Source of the DNA: Patescibacteria group bacterium
GTDB taxonomy: Bacteria > Patescibacteriota > Patescibacteriia > UBA10025 > JAHIVO01
Direction of reading: 5' to 3'
Assembly (NCBI GenBank): GCA_041650915.1
Contig: JBAZKE010000003.1
Location: forward strand, 149,226-213,225
DNA: 64,000 bases
The translations under genes and the position numbers were made by a program. Below, piece by piece: positions 36,804-46,739 of this stretch. The first letter of the stretch is position 1. Every line of letters begins with the position of its first letter. The notes under the pieces were generated by a model. The model saw nothing but the letters and a program-made list of their open reading frames with translations, had not been told where the DNA came from and ran no database searches.

Positions 36804-37102
36804 CCTCCTGTTCTAGCGGACATTTTGTCCCGTTTTTTATGTCAACTGTACTATGTATTCCCAATTAGTTCACCTTATGGCTCAATGAAGGATATGTCAA
36901 GAGTCCAGAGCCTCCGACTTTCTGTAGCCAGATAGCGGCAAAGAGTTTTGGGATTTTTCAATGAGCGGGGCGCTAACGTGCCAATTGCATGCCATGCCGC
37001 CGAAGAAATCCTCCAAACCCCACCGTTGAAAGATGCCGATGCTTCTAACAATTTTAATTGAAAAGTGATAGTATATAAGTAATAAATGAAAGGATTCATT
37101 TT

Positions 37103-37414
37103 ATGAACGGACAGCAACCGCCGCAAGGCCAGCAGCAGCTCAACATCAAGATCGACGATGCGACGCTCAAGGGCGTGTACACGAATGCGATGGGCGTGTC
37201 TCACTCCAAGGAGGAGTTCGTGCTCGACTTCATGAATCTGTACCCGTGGCAACGGGCAGGGGTAGTCAGCGCGCGGGTCATCACGAGCCCCGGGCACGTG
37301 AAGCGCATCTTCAAGGCGCTCGAGGAGAACATTAAAAAGTACGAAGGCAAGTTCGGGAAGATCGAGGTCGCGAAAGCCCCCTCAGCCGAAGATATCGGGT
37401 TCAAGACCGCGTAA
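37103..37414 (+). CDS. DUF3467-family small protein
   Basis: 103 aa. Pattern QLNIKIDDATLKGVYTNAMGVSHSKEEFVLDFMNLYP...ARVITSPGHVKRIFKALEENIKKYEGKFGKI matches my recollection of DUF3467 proteins. Confidence 0.5.
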   Translation: MNGQQPPQGQQQLNIKIDDATLKGVYTNAMGVSHSKEEFVLDFMNLYPWQRAGVVSARVITSPGHVKRIFKALEENIKKYEGKFGKIEVAKAPSAEDIGFKTA

Positions 37415-37471
37415 AAAACGAGCCTCCCGAGGAAGAGGGGAGGCTCACAACCGAGGTCGATGTGATGATTA

Positions 37472-37834
37472 TCAGTACTGGCGGAAGTGGTTCCTGAATT
37501 CTTTTTCACCGATGGAAACGGCGGTGCCGTCTTCGGTAAATACCCGGTAACCCGTACCTTTATCGCCAGCGACGTAGTACATTCCTTTTTGCCGAAAGTG
37601 GGCAGCACCCCTTGTCAAATCTCGCGTACACTCGTACGGCACGACGACCAGAAAGTGCTCGTCGAATTGACTAACGGGGACAGATTCCACTCCTCCGCCT
37701 GCTTTATCGATACTGATGATGCCACGGCACTGCCCAAAACGGATTTGATACGCCTTGCCTTCGATAAAGACCGGATTTCCATCGGCCGGGAAGGATTTCA
37801 TACATCGAACGTTGCAAGGAACTGTTATGTTCAT
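37472..37834 (-). CDS. hypothetical protein
   Basis: 120 aa open frame on the - strand; no motif recognised. Confidence 0.3.
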   Translation of the reverse strand: MNITVPCNVRCMKSFPADGNPVFIEGKAYQIRFGQCRGIISIDKAGGGVESVPVSQFDEHFLVVVPYECTRDLTRGAAHFRQKGMYYVAGDKGTGYRVFTEDGTAVSIGEKEFRNHFRQY

Positions 37835-37927
37835 TTAACCTCCAAATGTTTGTCATCTCATTTCAGCAATAGGTTAGTGTAATGGTAACGAGCAGTGCTG
37901 TCAAGCTTTGCGTTCACATAATACTAT

Positions 37928-38989
37928 ATGAGAGTAGAGCAAAAAGAAGAGCCCTCCCTATCGGCGGGTAAACAAAAAAAGCCGGAAAAATTCGTACCAG
38001 CGCAGCCCATCGGCAAGGTAGCCACGCTCATGGCGCTCGCCGTCGTTGCGACGGCGCTGTTTTGGCTCGCGTGGCACAACGCGCTCTCGACCGGCATCAG
38101 CCTGTCGGGCAGCACGGATAACGTAATCGTCGTCGCCTCGACGCTGCTCGCATTCTGCCTCATGTTTTGCATGCTCGCTGCCGCTGAAATGCTGATCACG
38201 CGGAAGCTGCTTCTCTTTATCATGGCGTTCGCTGCGGCGGGCACGATGTTTGTATTCTTTGCCGTCACGCAGTGGTCGATCGTGGGTTTCCTGCTCATGA
38301 GCCTGGGCTTCCTGTACTGGCGGCATGAGATTCACGCCGACGCTGAGACGAGGACCAAATTCGTGCCCCACCGGACTGTCGGTTCGAGCCTCAAGACGGC
38401 GGTTGCCCTCGTGCTCCTCGCGGGATCGTTCGTGTACTACAGCTCGCTCTCAACGGGCGGTGATGCGGCCGAGAAGGTGACTGAAAGCCTCGTGAATACC
38501 GGCACGTCGGTCGTTGAGAGCGTCCTCCGGCGGACGTACGGAGAGCAATACGATCCGATGATGGAGCTCGACGCGTTCATCATGGGAGTCGGCGTCGAAG
38601 GGGTGGAGAAGCTGATTCCGGCCGAGACAGGCTACGAACAGATCGATGCGGTCATCGAAGAAGGCATTGAGACGGCGAAAACGGAGGCCGTCATCGAGAT
38701 CCGCACTGAGCTGCTCGATACGTTCGGCATTGCAGCCGAGGGCGATGATTCCATGCGTTCCGTCGTCTCGAAGGTTGTCCTGAAGAACATTGAACAGTAT
38801 ACTGAACCGTATATCAAGTTCGTTCCAGCCCTTATGGCGATTGGCTTGTTTCTGGTGCTCAATATATTCAGTTTCATATACCGTGAACTCATAAAATCGT
38901 TCGCATACCTCGTATTCAACATACTCGTGTGGATTAAATTCATCAGGATCGAGAAGGCCCACGTTGAGGTTGAGAAGGTAACGCTCTAG
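37928..38989 (+). CDS. hypothetical polytopic membrane protein
   Basis: 353 aa. Four N-terminal helices, an acidic central soluble region and a C-terminal helix. Confidence 0.45.
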   Translation: MRVEQKEEPSLSAGKQKKPEKFVPAQPIGKVATLMALAVVATALFWLAWHNALSTGISLSGSTDNVIVVASTLLAFCLMFCMLAAAEMLITRKLLLFIMAFAAAGTMFVFFAVTQWSIVGFLLMSLGFLYWRHEIHADAETRTKFVPHRTVGSSLKTAVALVLLAGSFVYYSSLSTGGDAAEKVTESLVNTGTSVVESVLRRTYGEQYDPMMELDAFIMGVGVEGVEKLIPAETGYEQIDAVIEEGIETAKTEAVIEIRTELLDTFGIAAEGDDSMRSVVSKVVLKNIEQYTEPYIKFVPALMAIGLFLVLNIFSFIYRELIKSFAYLVFNILVWIKFIRIEKAHVEVEKVTL

Positions 38990-38998
38990 GCAAACCAT

Positions 38999-40105
38999 AT
39001 GGCGAAAGACTACTACGAACTGCTCGGTGTTTCGAAAAACGCGACGCAGGATGAAATCAAGAGGGCATACCGCAAGCTCGCCCACCAGCATCACCCTGAT
39101 AAGAAGGGCGGCGATGAGGCAAAGTTCAAGGAGATCAACGCGGCGTACCAAGCGCTCGGCAATCCCGAGAAGCGCAAGCAGTACGACCAGTTCGGCGCAG
39201 CGTACGGCCAGCCGGGCGCGGGCGGGCCGGGAGGCGGTCCCGGAGGTTTCTCATGGGAGGATTTTGCCCGGGCATCGGGTGGCGGGCAGTACCAGCAGGG
39301 CGGGGTGGATTTTGATTTCGGCGATATTTTCGGCGACCTATTCGGATTTGGCAGGCGCGGCGGCGGAGCCGGGGGGCGGACCCGCCGCGGCGGCAACGAC
39401 ATCCAAGCAGAAATGACGATTGATTTTAGGGAGTCGGCGTTCGGCGCGGACAAGGTCATTGACCTGTACAAGAGCGTGGTGTGTTCTCGCTGCTCGGGGG
39501 GCGGTGCAGAGCCCGGCACCAAGGTGGAGACCTGCACGACGTGCGGCGGCAGCGGCAGGGTTGAGCAAATACAGCGAACGATTCTCGGCGCGTTCCGCAC
39601 GGTCGGCGTGTGCCCCGAGTGCCGGGGCGAGGGCAAGCGGGTGGGCACGAAGTGCAGGGAGTGCCGGGGCAGCGGCCGCGTGAAGAGCAGCGAAACGATC
39701 AAGGTAAAGGTGCCTGCAGGCATTTCCGATGGGGAGACGATCCGCCTTTCGGGAAAGGGCGAGGCAGGCGAGCGGGGATCAGGCGCAGGAGATCTGTACA
39801 TAACCATGCGCGTGAAACCGGATCCGAATTTTGAGCGGAAAGAGGATGATATTGTTTCCTCCGTTGATATCACCTTTCCCCAGGCGGCGCTCGGCGATAA
39901 AATTCCCATCCTGACGCTTGACGGGGAGGTTTCACTAAGGATTCCTGCCGGGACCCAGTCTGGCAAGGTTTTTAAGCTCAGGGACAGAGGCGTCATGCAC
40001 CTGCGTTCGCGGGGCAGGGGCGACCATCTCGTCACCGTTAACGTCGTTACGCCGACGGATCTTTCACGCAAGCAAAAAAAGCTGCTCGAAGAGTTCGGGG
40101 AGTAA
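38999..40105 (+). CDS. dnaJ: chaperone DnaJ
   Basis: J-domain with HPD (YRKLAHQHHPDKKGG), Gly/Phe-rich linker, four CxxCxGxG zinc-finger repeats and a C-terminal domain; 368 aa. Confidence 0.9.
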   Translation: MAKDYYELLGVSKNATQDEIKRAYRKLAHQHHPDKKGGDEAKFKEINAAYQALGNPEKRKQYDQFGAAYGQPGAGGPGGGPGGFSWEDFARASGGGQYQQGGVDFDFGDIFGDLFGFGRRGGGAGGRTRRGGNDIQAEMTIDFRESAFGADKVIDLYKSVVCSRCSGGGAEPGTKVETCTTCGGSGRVEQIQRTILGAFRTVGVCPECRGEGKRVGTKCRECRGSGRVKSSETIKVKVPAGISDGETIRLSGKGEAGERGSGAGDLYITMRVKPDPNFERKEDDIVSSVDITFPQAALGDKIPILTLDGEVSLRIPAGTQSGKVFKLRDRGVMHLRSRGRGDHLVTVNVVTPTDLSRKQKKLLEEFGE

Positions 40106-40120
40106 CCCATTCGAAAACAA

Positions 40121-40166
40121 AACCGCGGGTACCGTAGCAACCGCGGTGGTTGTTTTTGTTTTTTTG
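40121..40166. terminator. bidirectional Rho-independent terminator between dnaJ (+) and the HD-domain gene (-)
   Basis: ACCGCGG-GTACCGTAGCA-ACCGCGGT hairpin flanked by A-run upstream and TTGTTTTTGTTTTTTT downstream. Confidence 0.6.
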
Positions 40167-40176
40167 CTGCCGCAAT

Positions 40177-40908
40177 TTACGCAGCGAGCAGCTGCCGTGC
40201 GTTCTCGAATGCTGTTTCGAGAAACCTGCCAGGCTTCATGCCCGCGTGGGCACTGACAGCCCGGAGCATGCTGTTCGCCGCCCGCTTCAGTACGGTGAGC
40301 GTGGGGCTCGACAGCCGGTAGTGGCGCTGCCCCTCCGTATCCAGGCCAGGATAACGCTCACGGAGGTACACGATGCGTCCGCCGATATCCGTGAATTCGC
40401 TATTGTTCACCAGGCAGTCGGCGAGGAATACGATGACCGCGTACAGGGGCAGCGAACCGGACGCCCGCTCGTACAGCCGGAGCGTATCGAGCGAAGCGCA
40501 TAGCGCTGCCCTGACGGTACGTTTGTCCCATCCGCAGCCGCTGAGCAGCTTCTCCTGGCGGTCGGTCTGGCTATCGATCCACCCAAAGTCATGGCCGCCG
40601 TTTGCGTCCGCGTGCTCGATGAGCATGCGCTTCCAGAAATCATGGACCGCGCACGCGCAGATGCATTCGGTTTTGTAGCTGTACGTGATGAGCCGCGTCA
40701 TCGCGTATGCGAGAGCCGCCGTGGCAACCATGTGGTTTACGATGTGCAACCAGCCGGTTTCCAGGAGCTGCCCGTGATTCCAGGTCTGTTCAATGCGCCG
40801 CAGCTGCCGGTCCGGCAGAATGCCCGAAAACGGCCGAAGTTCTTGTCTCACTCCACCCTCCTTGTTTATTTTGGCTGGACGTTTGTTTTTTAAAGCGCGC
40901 TGCAGCAA
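40177..40908 (-). CDS. HD-domain phosphohydrolase-like protein
   Basis: HIVNH...AVHDFWK arrangement (H..H then HD-aromatic-K) typical of the HD superfamily. Start uncertain; the annotated 243 aa may include an N-terminal extension. Confidence 0.45.
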   Translation of the reverse strand: MLQRALKNKRPAKINKEGGVRQELRPFSGILPDRQLRRIEQTWNHGQLLETGWLHIVNHMVATAALAYAMTRLITYSYKTECICACAVHDFWKRMLIEHADANGGHDFGWIDSQTDRQEKLLSGCGWDKRTVRAALCASLDTLRLYERASGSLPLYAVIVFLADCLVNNSEFTDIGGRIVYLRERYPGLDTEGQRHYRLSSPTLTVLKRAANSMLRAVSAHAGMKPGRFLETAFENARQLLAA

Positions 40909-41035
40909 TCTCCGCCGCAGCGTGCACTATCGTACCATAGCCGTTACATTTGTCAATTGATTGTGTGCAGTATTGACAGGGGAGCGTTTTTGGTGTACGG
41001 TACTATGAAGCAAAAACGAAGAAAAAAACCGTATC

Positions 41036-41473
41036 ATGCCAAACAATGGAGGTAATATGGCAGCTGAGAAGAGAGTAGTACTGGCGCTTCGGGAGCTCGA
41101 GCAAGCGCCAGGATCCAGGATCGTTTGTTTTACTGGGTCAACGGACAGCGAAGGGCGCCAGCTTATGGGCCTTTCACAGGTAGTGTGCATTGTGCCTGAC
41201 CGGCACGATGCTACCAAGTACCGTATCTTTTTCATGCCAGCGGACGGCATTGAATTCGGTGATGGCCGTTTGGCCGGCTACGTAGACGCTTTGCTTAAGC
41301 GCTGGCCTTCGTCGGCATCTTTCGACCGATGCGAGATACGGAACGGGTCAGACGGTCCGCAGGCCGAACAGATCCAGACCGGGGAATACCTGTGCTATCG
41401 TAAGGATGGTCTCGGGCGTACGCTGGCTACGCCATTCCCGATTACCCACATCTTCGTATGTGAAGCTGCTTAG
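41036..41473 (+). CDS. hypothetical protein
   Basis: 145 aa; no motif recognised. Confidence 0.3.
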   Translation: MPNNGGNMAAEKRVVLALRELEQAPGSRIVCFTGSTDSEGRQLMGLSQVVCIVPDRHDATKYRIFFMPADGIEFGDGRLAGYVDALLKRWPSSASFDRCEIRNGSDGPQAEQIQTGEYLCYRKDGLGRTLATPFPITHIFVCEAA

Positions 41474-41533
41474 CAAAGCAGCTTGCATCAACGATGCGGC
41501 AGATGAGCCCTGATTCCCACGGGGCTCATTTTA

Positions 41534-42214
41534 TTGTTGATTTTTTCTCATTTTTGTGCTATACTAAGTTTACATAAAGAGTTATATGTAACGACGAAGG
41601 GTATGATTCCAGTTGCATGGGCAGCTGAAACTGCCGAAGCAGCAGCTGAGTCTTCGAACTTTCTCCAGAATATCGACTGGACCAGGCCGACCTGGGATCT
41701 GTTTATTGTACTCTTTTTCGTGATCGCAGCGTTTTTGTACGGTTTGTCGCTCGGGCGCGACCGGATTATCGTCATCCTCGTGAGCATCTACATATCGCTC
41801 GCAGTCGTCGAGCACGCACCGCTCGTGAACAACGAGGGTTTCCAAAGCATGATCAATAATCTTGTCGGCCAGTTTTTTGTTTTTCAAATTTCTGCGTTCC
41901 TGCTTTTGTTCATTGTACTGTTTTTTGTCATAACCCGCAGCGCATTGCTGAAAACAATCGCATCTTCGGATTCACCGGGCCCGTGGTGGCAGGTGCTGTT
42001 GTATAGCGTGCTGCACGTCGGTTTAATCGTTAGTATTATTCTGTCGTATATTCCGAAAGAATCGGTGGAGGGCGTTCTCTCGCCCCTCACACAGCAAGTA
42101 TTTACCGGCAATTTTGCGCAGAACGTGTGGATCATCGGCCCGCTCATCGCGATGTTCGTGTTCAAGGGCGGCGCCTCGGAAAAGAAAAAGCGTAAAATCA
42201 TCGAGGAGGAATAG
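41534..42214 (+). CDS. hypothetical polytopic membrane protein
   Basis: 226 aa with 5 hydrophobic helices and a lysine-rich C-terminus; true start possibly at MIPVAW (about 41603). Confidence 0.4.
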   Translation: MLIFSHFCAILSLHKELYVTTKGMIPVAWAAETAEAAAESSNFLQNIDWTRPTWDLFIVLFFVIAAFLYGLSLGRDRIIVILVSIYISLAVVEHAPLVNNEGFQSMINNLVGQFFVFQISAFLLLFIVLFFVITRSALLKTIASSDSPGPWWQVLLYSVLHVGLIVSIILSYIPKESVEGVLSPLTQQVFTGNFAQNVWIIGPLIAMFVFKGGASEKKKRKIIEEE

Positions 42215-42349
42215 CCGCCTGCTGGCAGCTGCCGTATCGCTGGGCTAATTTTTTATTGACAAAAAAAGCAGCTATGTTATATTTCTCCTCCAGGAGGAAG
42301 CACACAGTGTGCGGCTATCCGATCACCTACAGATCTAGGGAGGTTTACC

Positions 42350-42595
42350 GTGAACGTACGAGACGCGATGGACAGTGTGGCGCAGTTGCGGAAGCGGCAG
42401 CCATTGATCCGGCAGCAGCTGGATGACGATGGCAGGCACGATTTTGAAGAGCTCTTAGGGCAGATCGAAAAACTGCTCGGGGACATGCCTGTTCCGGACG
42501 GGCTGGGCGTGTCTAGCCTTATCGAGGAGGCGGAGGCGATAAGCGCCCGCGTTGTTCCCGCAAAGGAAAATCGGTGTGCGGGATTGGCTGACTGA
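42350..42595 (+). CDS. small hypothetical protein (81 aa)
   Basis: Begins MNV like the next small ORF. TTGACA-like -35 about 90 nt upstream; a terminator at 42615..42650 follows. Confidence 0.35.
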   Translation: MNVRDAMDSVAQLRKRQPLIRQQLDDDGRHDFEELLGQIEKLLGDMPVPDGLGVSSLIEEAEAISARVVPAKENRCAGLAD

Positions 42596-42614
42596 ATTGT
42601 GCACTGCACAAAAT

Positions 42615-42650
42615 TGCGAGACGGGAGACTATCCGTCTCGCATATTTTTT
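42615..42650 (+). terminator. Rho-independent terminator
   Basis: GCGAGACGG-GAGACTAT-CCGTCTCGC perfect 9-bp stem followed by ATATTTTTTT. Confidence 0.75.
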
Positions 42651-42720
42651 TGGATTGACAAAACGGCTGTCCGTGGTACGATTGCGTAAAATCAAACAGA
42701 CATAGACTGGAGGTACGGAG

Positions 42721-42969
42721 ATGAACGTTGCAGAAGCGCGCCGTCGTATCGCTGAGCTGAGCATAACGGTTACGCACGGCAAGATTACGAGTACGCTCAC
42801 GGACAGTGAGATCAAGCAGGTTGAGAGGGTGATACAATTGTTCAGGGATGCGATTGAGCGGGCGGTACTCCAGGAAGCAGATGGTCTACTGGCTGCAATC
42901 GATAGCGTATCCGGGGTTACCGCGAAGGTCAAAGCGCCGAACTTCGCTGCAATGACCAGTTGCACGTAA
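42721..42969 (+). CDS. small hypothetical protein (82 aa)
   Basis: Begins MNVAEARRRIAEL. Own TTGACA-like element (42654-42662) upstream. Hairpin AAGTCCGC...GCGGACTT at 42991-43017 downstream, which also serves the convergent EamA gene. Confidence 0.35.
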   Translation: MNVAEARRRIAELSITVTHGKITSTLTDSEIKQVERVIQLFRDAIERAVLQEADGLLAAIDSVSGVTAKVKAPNFAAMTSCT

Positions 42970-43047
42970 GTGAACTTTTTCCGAATCGAAAAGTCCGCCC
43001 CCTTTAGGAGCGGACTTTCATTGTGTGCAGGATCAACGGCGGGCGCA

Positions 43048-43923
43048 TTAATGGAATGCCAGAATGAAGATAATGCCGATAATCATTGCCGTAGCGCCGA
43101 CGAGGCGATATGCGATATTTTTTTCATGGAAGAATATTTTTCCCAAAACAATGCTGCCCAAGATCGTACCGCCGCGCTTGATCGCGATAACGTACGGGAC
43201 GAGTATCCGGGCGATAGCGAGCATTTGGAACGTGGAACCGATGCTGCTCAGGGCAGCGACTGTTGCCAGAAGCCCGATGTGTGCCTTGGTTTGCTGTACG
43301 AATCGTTTGCGGGTGTACAGCACGTACGCCGTCAGGGGAATGAGCACCCCGATGTTGACTGTCAATAAATAGAAAAAGGCCGATGAACGCTCGAGCGCCA
43401 TTTTATCGATATTTGACGCAACGCTCCAGATGAGCGCGACGATGAGCGCGTAGAAGCTGCCTCTCTCATGCCAGATCGCTTTTAGCGGAGCGAGGAACCC
43501 CTGGCGCGTCTTTTCCAGGTTAATGAGGTATGAGCCTACCACGATGCACCCGATGCCAATAATGCCCCACGTATTGGGCAGTTCATGGAGCATGATATAC
43601 GAGGTAAAGATCATGAATGCCGGGGAGAATGACAGGAAGGGGAGAGTAAGCGAGAGCGGCGAGCACTGGATCGCGCGGATCAGCAGCACGCTGGTGGTAG
43701 TTGCCGAGGCGACCGCAATCGGGAAAATAATCCAGTACGACGGTTCGATTTCAGGCATGCCTTCCACGGCAAGCGCAATCGCGAAAAATACAAGCGACAG
43801 GAGCGTCGATGCCCACACGAGCACGCTCACGTCCATGCGCTCTGTAAGTTTTTTGTTTGTGCCTTCGCGTATCGCGAAAACAACTGATGCAACGATAGCA
43901 AAAAGAAAACCCGCCATAGCCAT
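43048..43923 (-). CDS. EamA/DMT-superfamily transporter
   Basis: 291 aa, about 10 TM helices in two repeated halves, each ending with a conserved hydrophobic stretch, typical of EamA domains. Confidence 0.6.
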   Translation of the reverse strand: MAMAGFLFAIVASVVFAIREGTNKKLTERMDVSVLVWASTLLSLVFFAIALAVEGMPEIEPSYWIIFPIAVASATTTSVLLIRAIQCSPLSLTLPFLSFSPAFMIFTSYIMLHELPNTWGIIGIGCIVVGSYLINLEKTRQGFLAPLKAIWHERGSFYALIVALIWSVASNIDKMALERSSAFFYLLTVNIGVLIPLTAYVLYTRKRFVQQTKAHIGLLATVAALSSIGSTFQMLAIARILVPYVIAIKRGGTILGSIVLGKIFFHEKNIAYRLVGATAMIIGIIFILAFH

Positions 43924-43936
43924 GGGAAGGCAATGA

Positions 43937-45436
43937 TTATGTCCGCAGCTGTTTGATGACCGGGCCGCCCGGCGTATCCTCGACGGCGAATCCGGCAGCT
44001 GCTATTTTATCTCTCAGCTCATCAGCCGCGCTGAAATTCTTCTGCGCCCGCGCATCCTCGCGCCGTTCCGCCAGTTCTTTAATTGTATGCGGCACTTCGA
44101 TCGGTTTGGCATCTTTGAGGTTGAGCGCGAGCACGCTGTCAAACTCGAGGAGCGTGGCTTTCTTTGCTCCGTTCGGCAAGCCCGATTTCAGCAGCTCCCA
44201 GGCGACCGCCACCGCTTTCGGCATGTTGAGGTCGTCATTAGCCGCTTCGGTAAAGCGTTTTTTGAAATCAGCCGAAACGTCTGTTGGTTCGCCGAGCTCG
44301 CCCGCCAGCGCGTAGAGGCTATCGAGCGTCCGCTGGGCGCTCTGCAGCGCTTTCCAGGAAAAATTCAGTTTCGTGCGGTACTGCGCCGAGTAGGTCAGGA
44401 AGCGGAAGGCGAGCGGATTGAATCCTTTTTCCTTGACGGTCAAGAGGGTTGTAAAATTTTCATCTGATTTCGACATCTTTATTTCCGCGGTGATTTTTTT
44501 GCCGCACGTGCCGCACTTTTTTTCAAATCCGCCTTCTTTCTTGAGGTCCTCGTCCTGGACCGTATGTTTTTCGCCGCAGTGCGCGCACATCACTACCGTG
44601 CCGACGTACGGATTAATCACGACAAATTCACCGTGCAGCCAGTATCGCACGAACTGTTTGCCGGTGACCGCTTCGGCCTGGGCGATTTCGTTCGTGTGGT
44701 GCACGGGTATGAGGTCAATCCCGCCGCAGTGGATATCGAGGGTGTCGCCGAGGTACTGCTGTGCCATGACCGAGCACTCGAGATGCCATCCGGGAAATCC
44801 CATGCCCCAGGGGCTGTCCCACTCCATATCGCGCTTGGCGCCTTTGGGCGAAAATTTCCAGAGTGCGAAGTCGGTAGGGTTTTTCTTTTCTTCATTCTTC
44901 CGGACGCGTGCGCCTTCCCTGAGGTCTTCAAGCTTCTGCCTCGAGAGGATGCCGTAGCCGGTAAATTTTGACGTATCGTAGTATACGCCGTCTGACGTCG
45001 TGTACGTAAATCCCTTCGCTTCGAGCTTCTTGATCCATGCAATCTGCTCTTGAATGTGGTCGGTTGCTTTTGCCCAGACTGTAGGCTGCTCTATGTTGAG
45101 GTCCGCGAAATTTTCTTTTACGGCTTTCGTGTAGAATTCAGCCACTTCCCACGCTGTCCTGCCTTCCCGGCGCGCTCCCTTCTCCATTTTATCCTCGCCT
45201 TCGTCAGCGTCTGAGGTGAGGTGCCCGACGTCGGTGATATTCATGACGTGCTTGACCTTGTAACCGTTGAGCTTGAGCACGCGTTTCAGGGTATCTTCAA
45301 AAATAAACGTGCGCATATTTCCGATGTGCGCGTAGTGGTATACGGTCGGACCGCACGTATACACGGTCACCTCGTCCGGGTTGAGCGGCTCGAACGGCTC
45401 TTTTTTTCTACTGAGCGTATTGTACAGCTGCAGCAT
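43937..45436 (-). CDS. cysS: cysteine--tRNA ligase with a Cys4 zinc-ribbon-like insertion before KMSKS
   Basis: Start placed at MLQLYNTL (45436). [18 protein letters not shown] motif and KMSKS. About 40-aa insertion [30 protein letters not shown] just N-terminal of KMSKS. Confidence 0.85.
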   Translation of the reverse strand: MLQLYNTLSRKKEPFEPLNPDEVTVYTCGPTVYHYAHIGNMRTFIFEDTLKRVLKLNGYKVKHVMNITDVGHLTSDADEGEDKMEKGARREGRTAWEVAEFYTKAVKENFADLNIEQPTVWAKATDHIQEQIAWIKKLEAKGFTYTTSDGVYYDTSKFTGYGILSRQKLEDLREGARVRKNEEKKNPTDFALWKFSPKGAKRDMEWDSPWGMGFPGWHLECSVMAQQYLGDTLDIHCGGIDLIPVHHTNEIAQAEAVTGKQFVRYWLHGEFVVINPYVGTVVMCAHCGEKHTVQDEDLKKEGGFEKKCGTCGKKITAEIKMSKSDENFTTLLTVKEKGFNPLAFRFLTYSAQYRTKLNFSWKALQSAQRTLDSLYALAGELGEPTDVSADFKKRFTEAANDDLNMPKAVAVAWELLKSGLPNGAKKATLLEFDSVLALNLKDAKPIEVPHTIKELAERREDARAQKNFSAADELRDKIAAAGFAVEDTPGGPVIKQLRT

Positions 45437-45604
45437 ATGCTTATAGTGTAGCTTTTTTATCGTGATCAGGCAATGCAAAAAAAGTTGCCACTGTTGCGCT
45501 GCACCAGGCGGCTGCCAGGGGAGCACGGCGGCGCGGTCGAGTGATTTGTGGATGCTACATTTGCAGGCGATCGTACGGACAGCCTGCCGGATAGATGTTT
45601 TATA

Positions 45605-46579
45605 CTAACCGGTTTTATCTTCCGATGCGCGTATGTCGAGCCCGATTTCCTTCCACTCTGACATCACGGCCTCAATGTCTCTCGGCTCTACGACCTGGCG
45701 GTTTTGGCGGATCGATGGCTTGCCTTCGATGCTCGCGAGCTTCACCTTGGCAGCAGCCTCGTCCATGAGGTCAATCGCCTTGTCGGGAAAGACGCGGTCC
45801 CTGATAAACCGGTCCGAAAGTTCGACTGCTTTTTCGAGCGCCGCGTCGGTAATTTTCAGCTGGTGGTGGTCTTCGTAGCGCTGCCTGATGCCTTTCAGTA
45901 TTTGTATGGTCATCTCCCTGCTCGGCTCCTCAATCATGATCGGCTGAAAGCGGCGCTCGAGGGTGAGGTCACGCTCGACATACTTCTTATAGTCTTCCAT
46001 GGTTGTCGCCCCGATAACCTGCAGCTCTCCCCGCGCGAGGGCAGGTTTGAGGATATCCGCGGCATCGATCGCGCCGGTTGCCTGTCCTGCTTCAGCGAGC
46101 GTATGCATCTCATCGATGAAAAGGATTACGGAGCGCTGGGCGGCAATAATTTCATCAACAAGTGACTTGAGGCGCCTTTCGAACTCGCCGCGGTACTTGG
46201 TGCCGGCAACGAGCCCTGACAGATCGAGCGCAAGCACGCGCTTGTTCACGATGGTCGACGTGACGTTTTTTGCGGCGATGGCGTTCGCGAGGCCTTCGAC
46301 AATCGCCGTTTTGCCGACGCCCGACTGGCCGATCAGCACCGGATTGTTCTTGGTCCGGCGCGAGAGAATCTGTATGACCCGTTCTATCTCATGCTCGCGG
46401 CCGATGACGGGATCGAGCTTCTGTTCGCGCGCGAGCGCGGTCAAATCTTTTGAGTAGAGCTTGAGCACCTGGAAGCTGCCGCGGTTTTTTACGTTCTCGC
46501 GGTACAGCCAAAAAATCACCGCCCCGAGCACGATGAGCAAGAGGAGCAATGACCAAGATGATGTCGGCAGTTCTGCCAT
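45605..46579 (-). CDS. membrane-anchored AAA+ ATPase consisting only of a Clp/Hsp100 D1-type module
   Basis: 324 aa. N-terminal TM helix ([18 protein letters not shown]). Clp D1 Walker A GQSGVGKT, Walker [11 protein letters not shown], sensor-1 IGATT and RRFQPI. No N-domain, M-domain or D2 module. Confidence 0.6.
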   Translation of the reverse strand: MAELPTSSWSLLLLLIVLGAVIFWLYRENVKNRGSFQVLKLYSKDLTALAREQKLDPVIGREHEIERVIQILSRRTKNNPVLIGQSGVGKTAIVEGLANAIAAKNVTSTIVNKRVLALDLSGLVAGTKYRGEFERRLKSLVDEIIAAQRSVILFIDEMHTLAEAGQATGAIDAADILKPALARGELQVIGATTMEDYKKYVERDLTLERRFQPIMIEEPSREMTIQILKGIRQRYEDHHQLKITDAALEKAVELSDRFIRDRVFPDKAIDLMDEAAAKVKLASIEGKPSIRQNRQVVEPRDIEAVMSEWKEIGLDIRASEDKTG

Positions 46580-46739
46580 AGCACTTGTTTGTGTTTTTTG
46601 AACGCTGTTTTATTGTAGCATATTTTTGGCTTTTTTTCAAGCGCTCTTTGTTAAAAAAATACGCCCCGATCTAACTCATTATAGAGTGAGAACCGGGGCA
46701 TATTACTTTCGCGTTGTCAGCTGATAACCTGGTTGCCGT

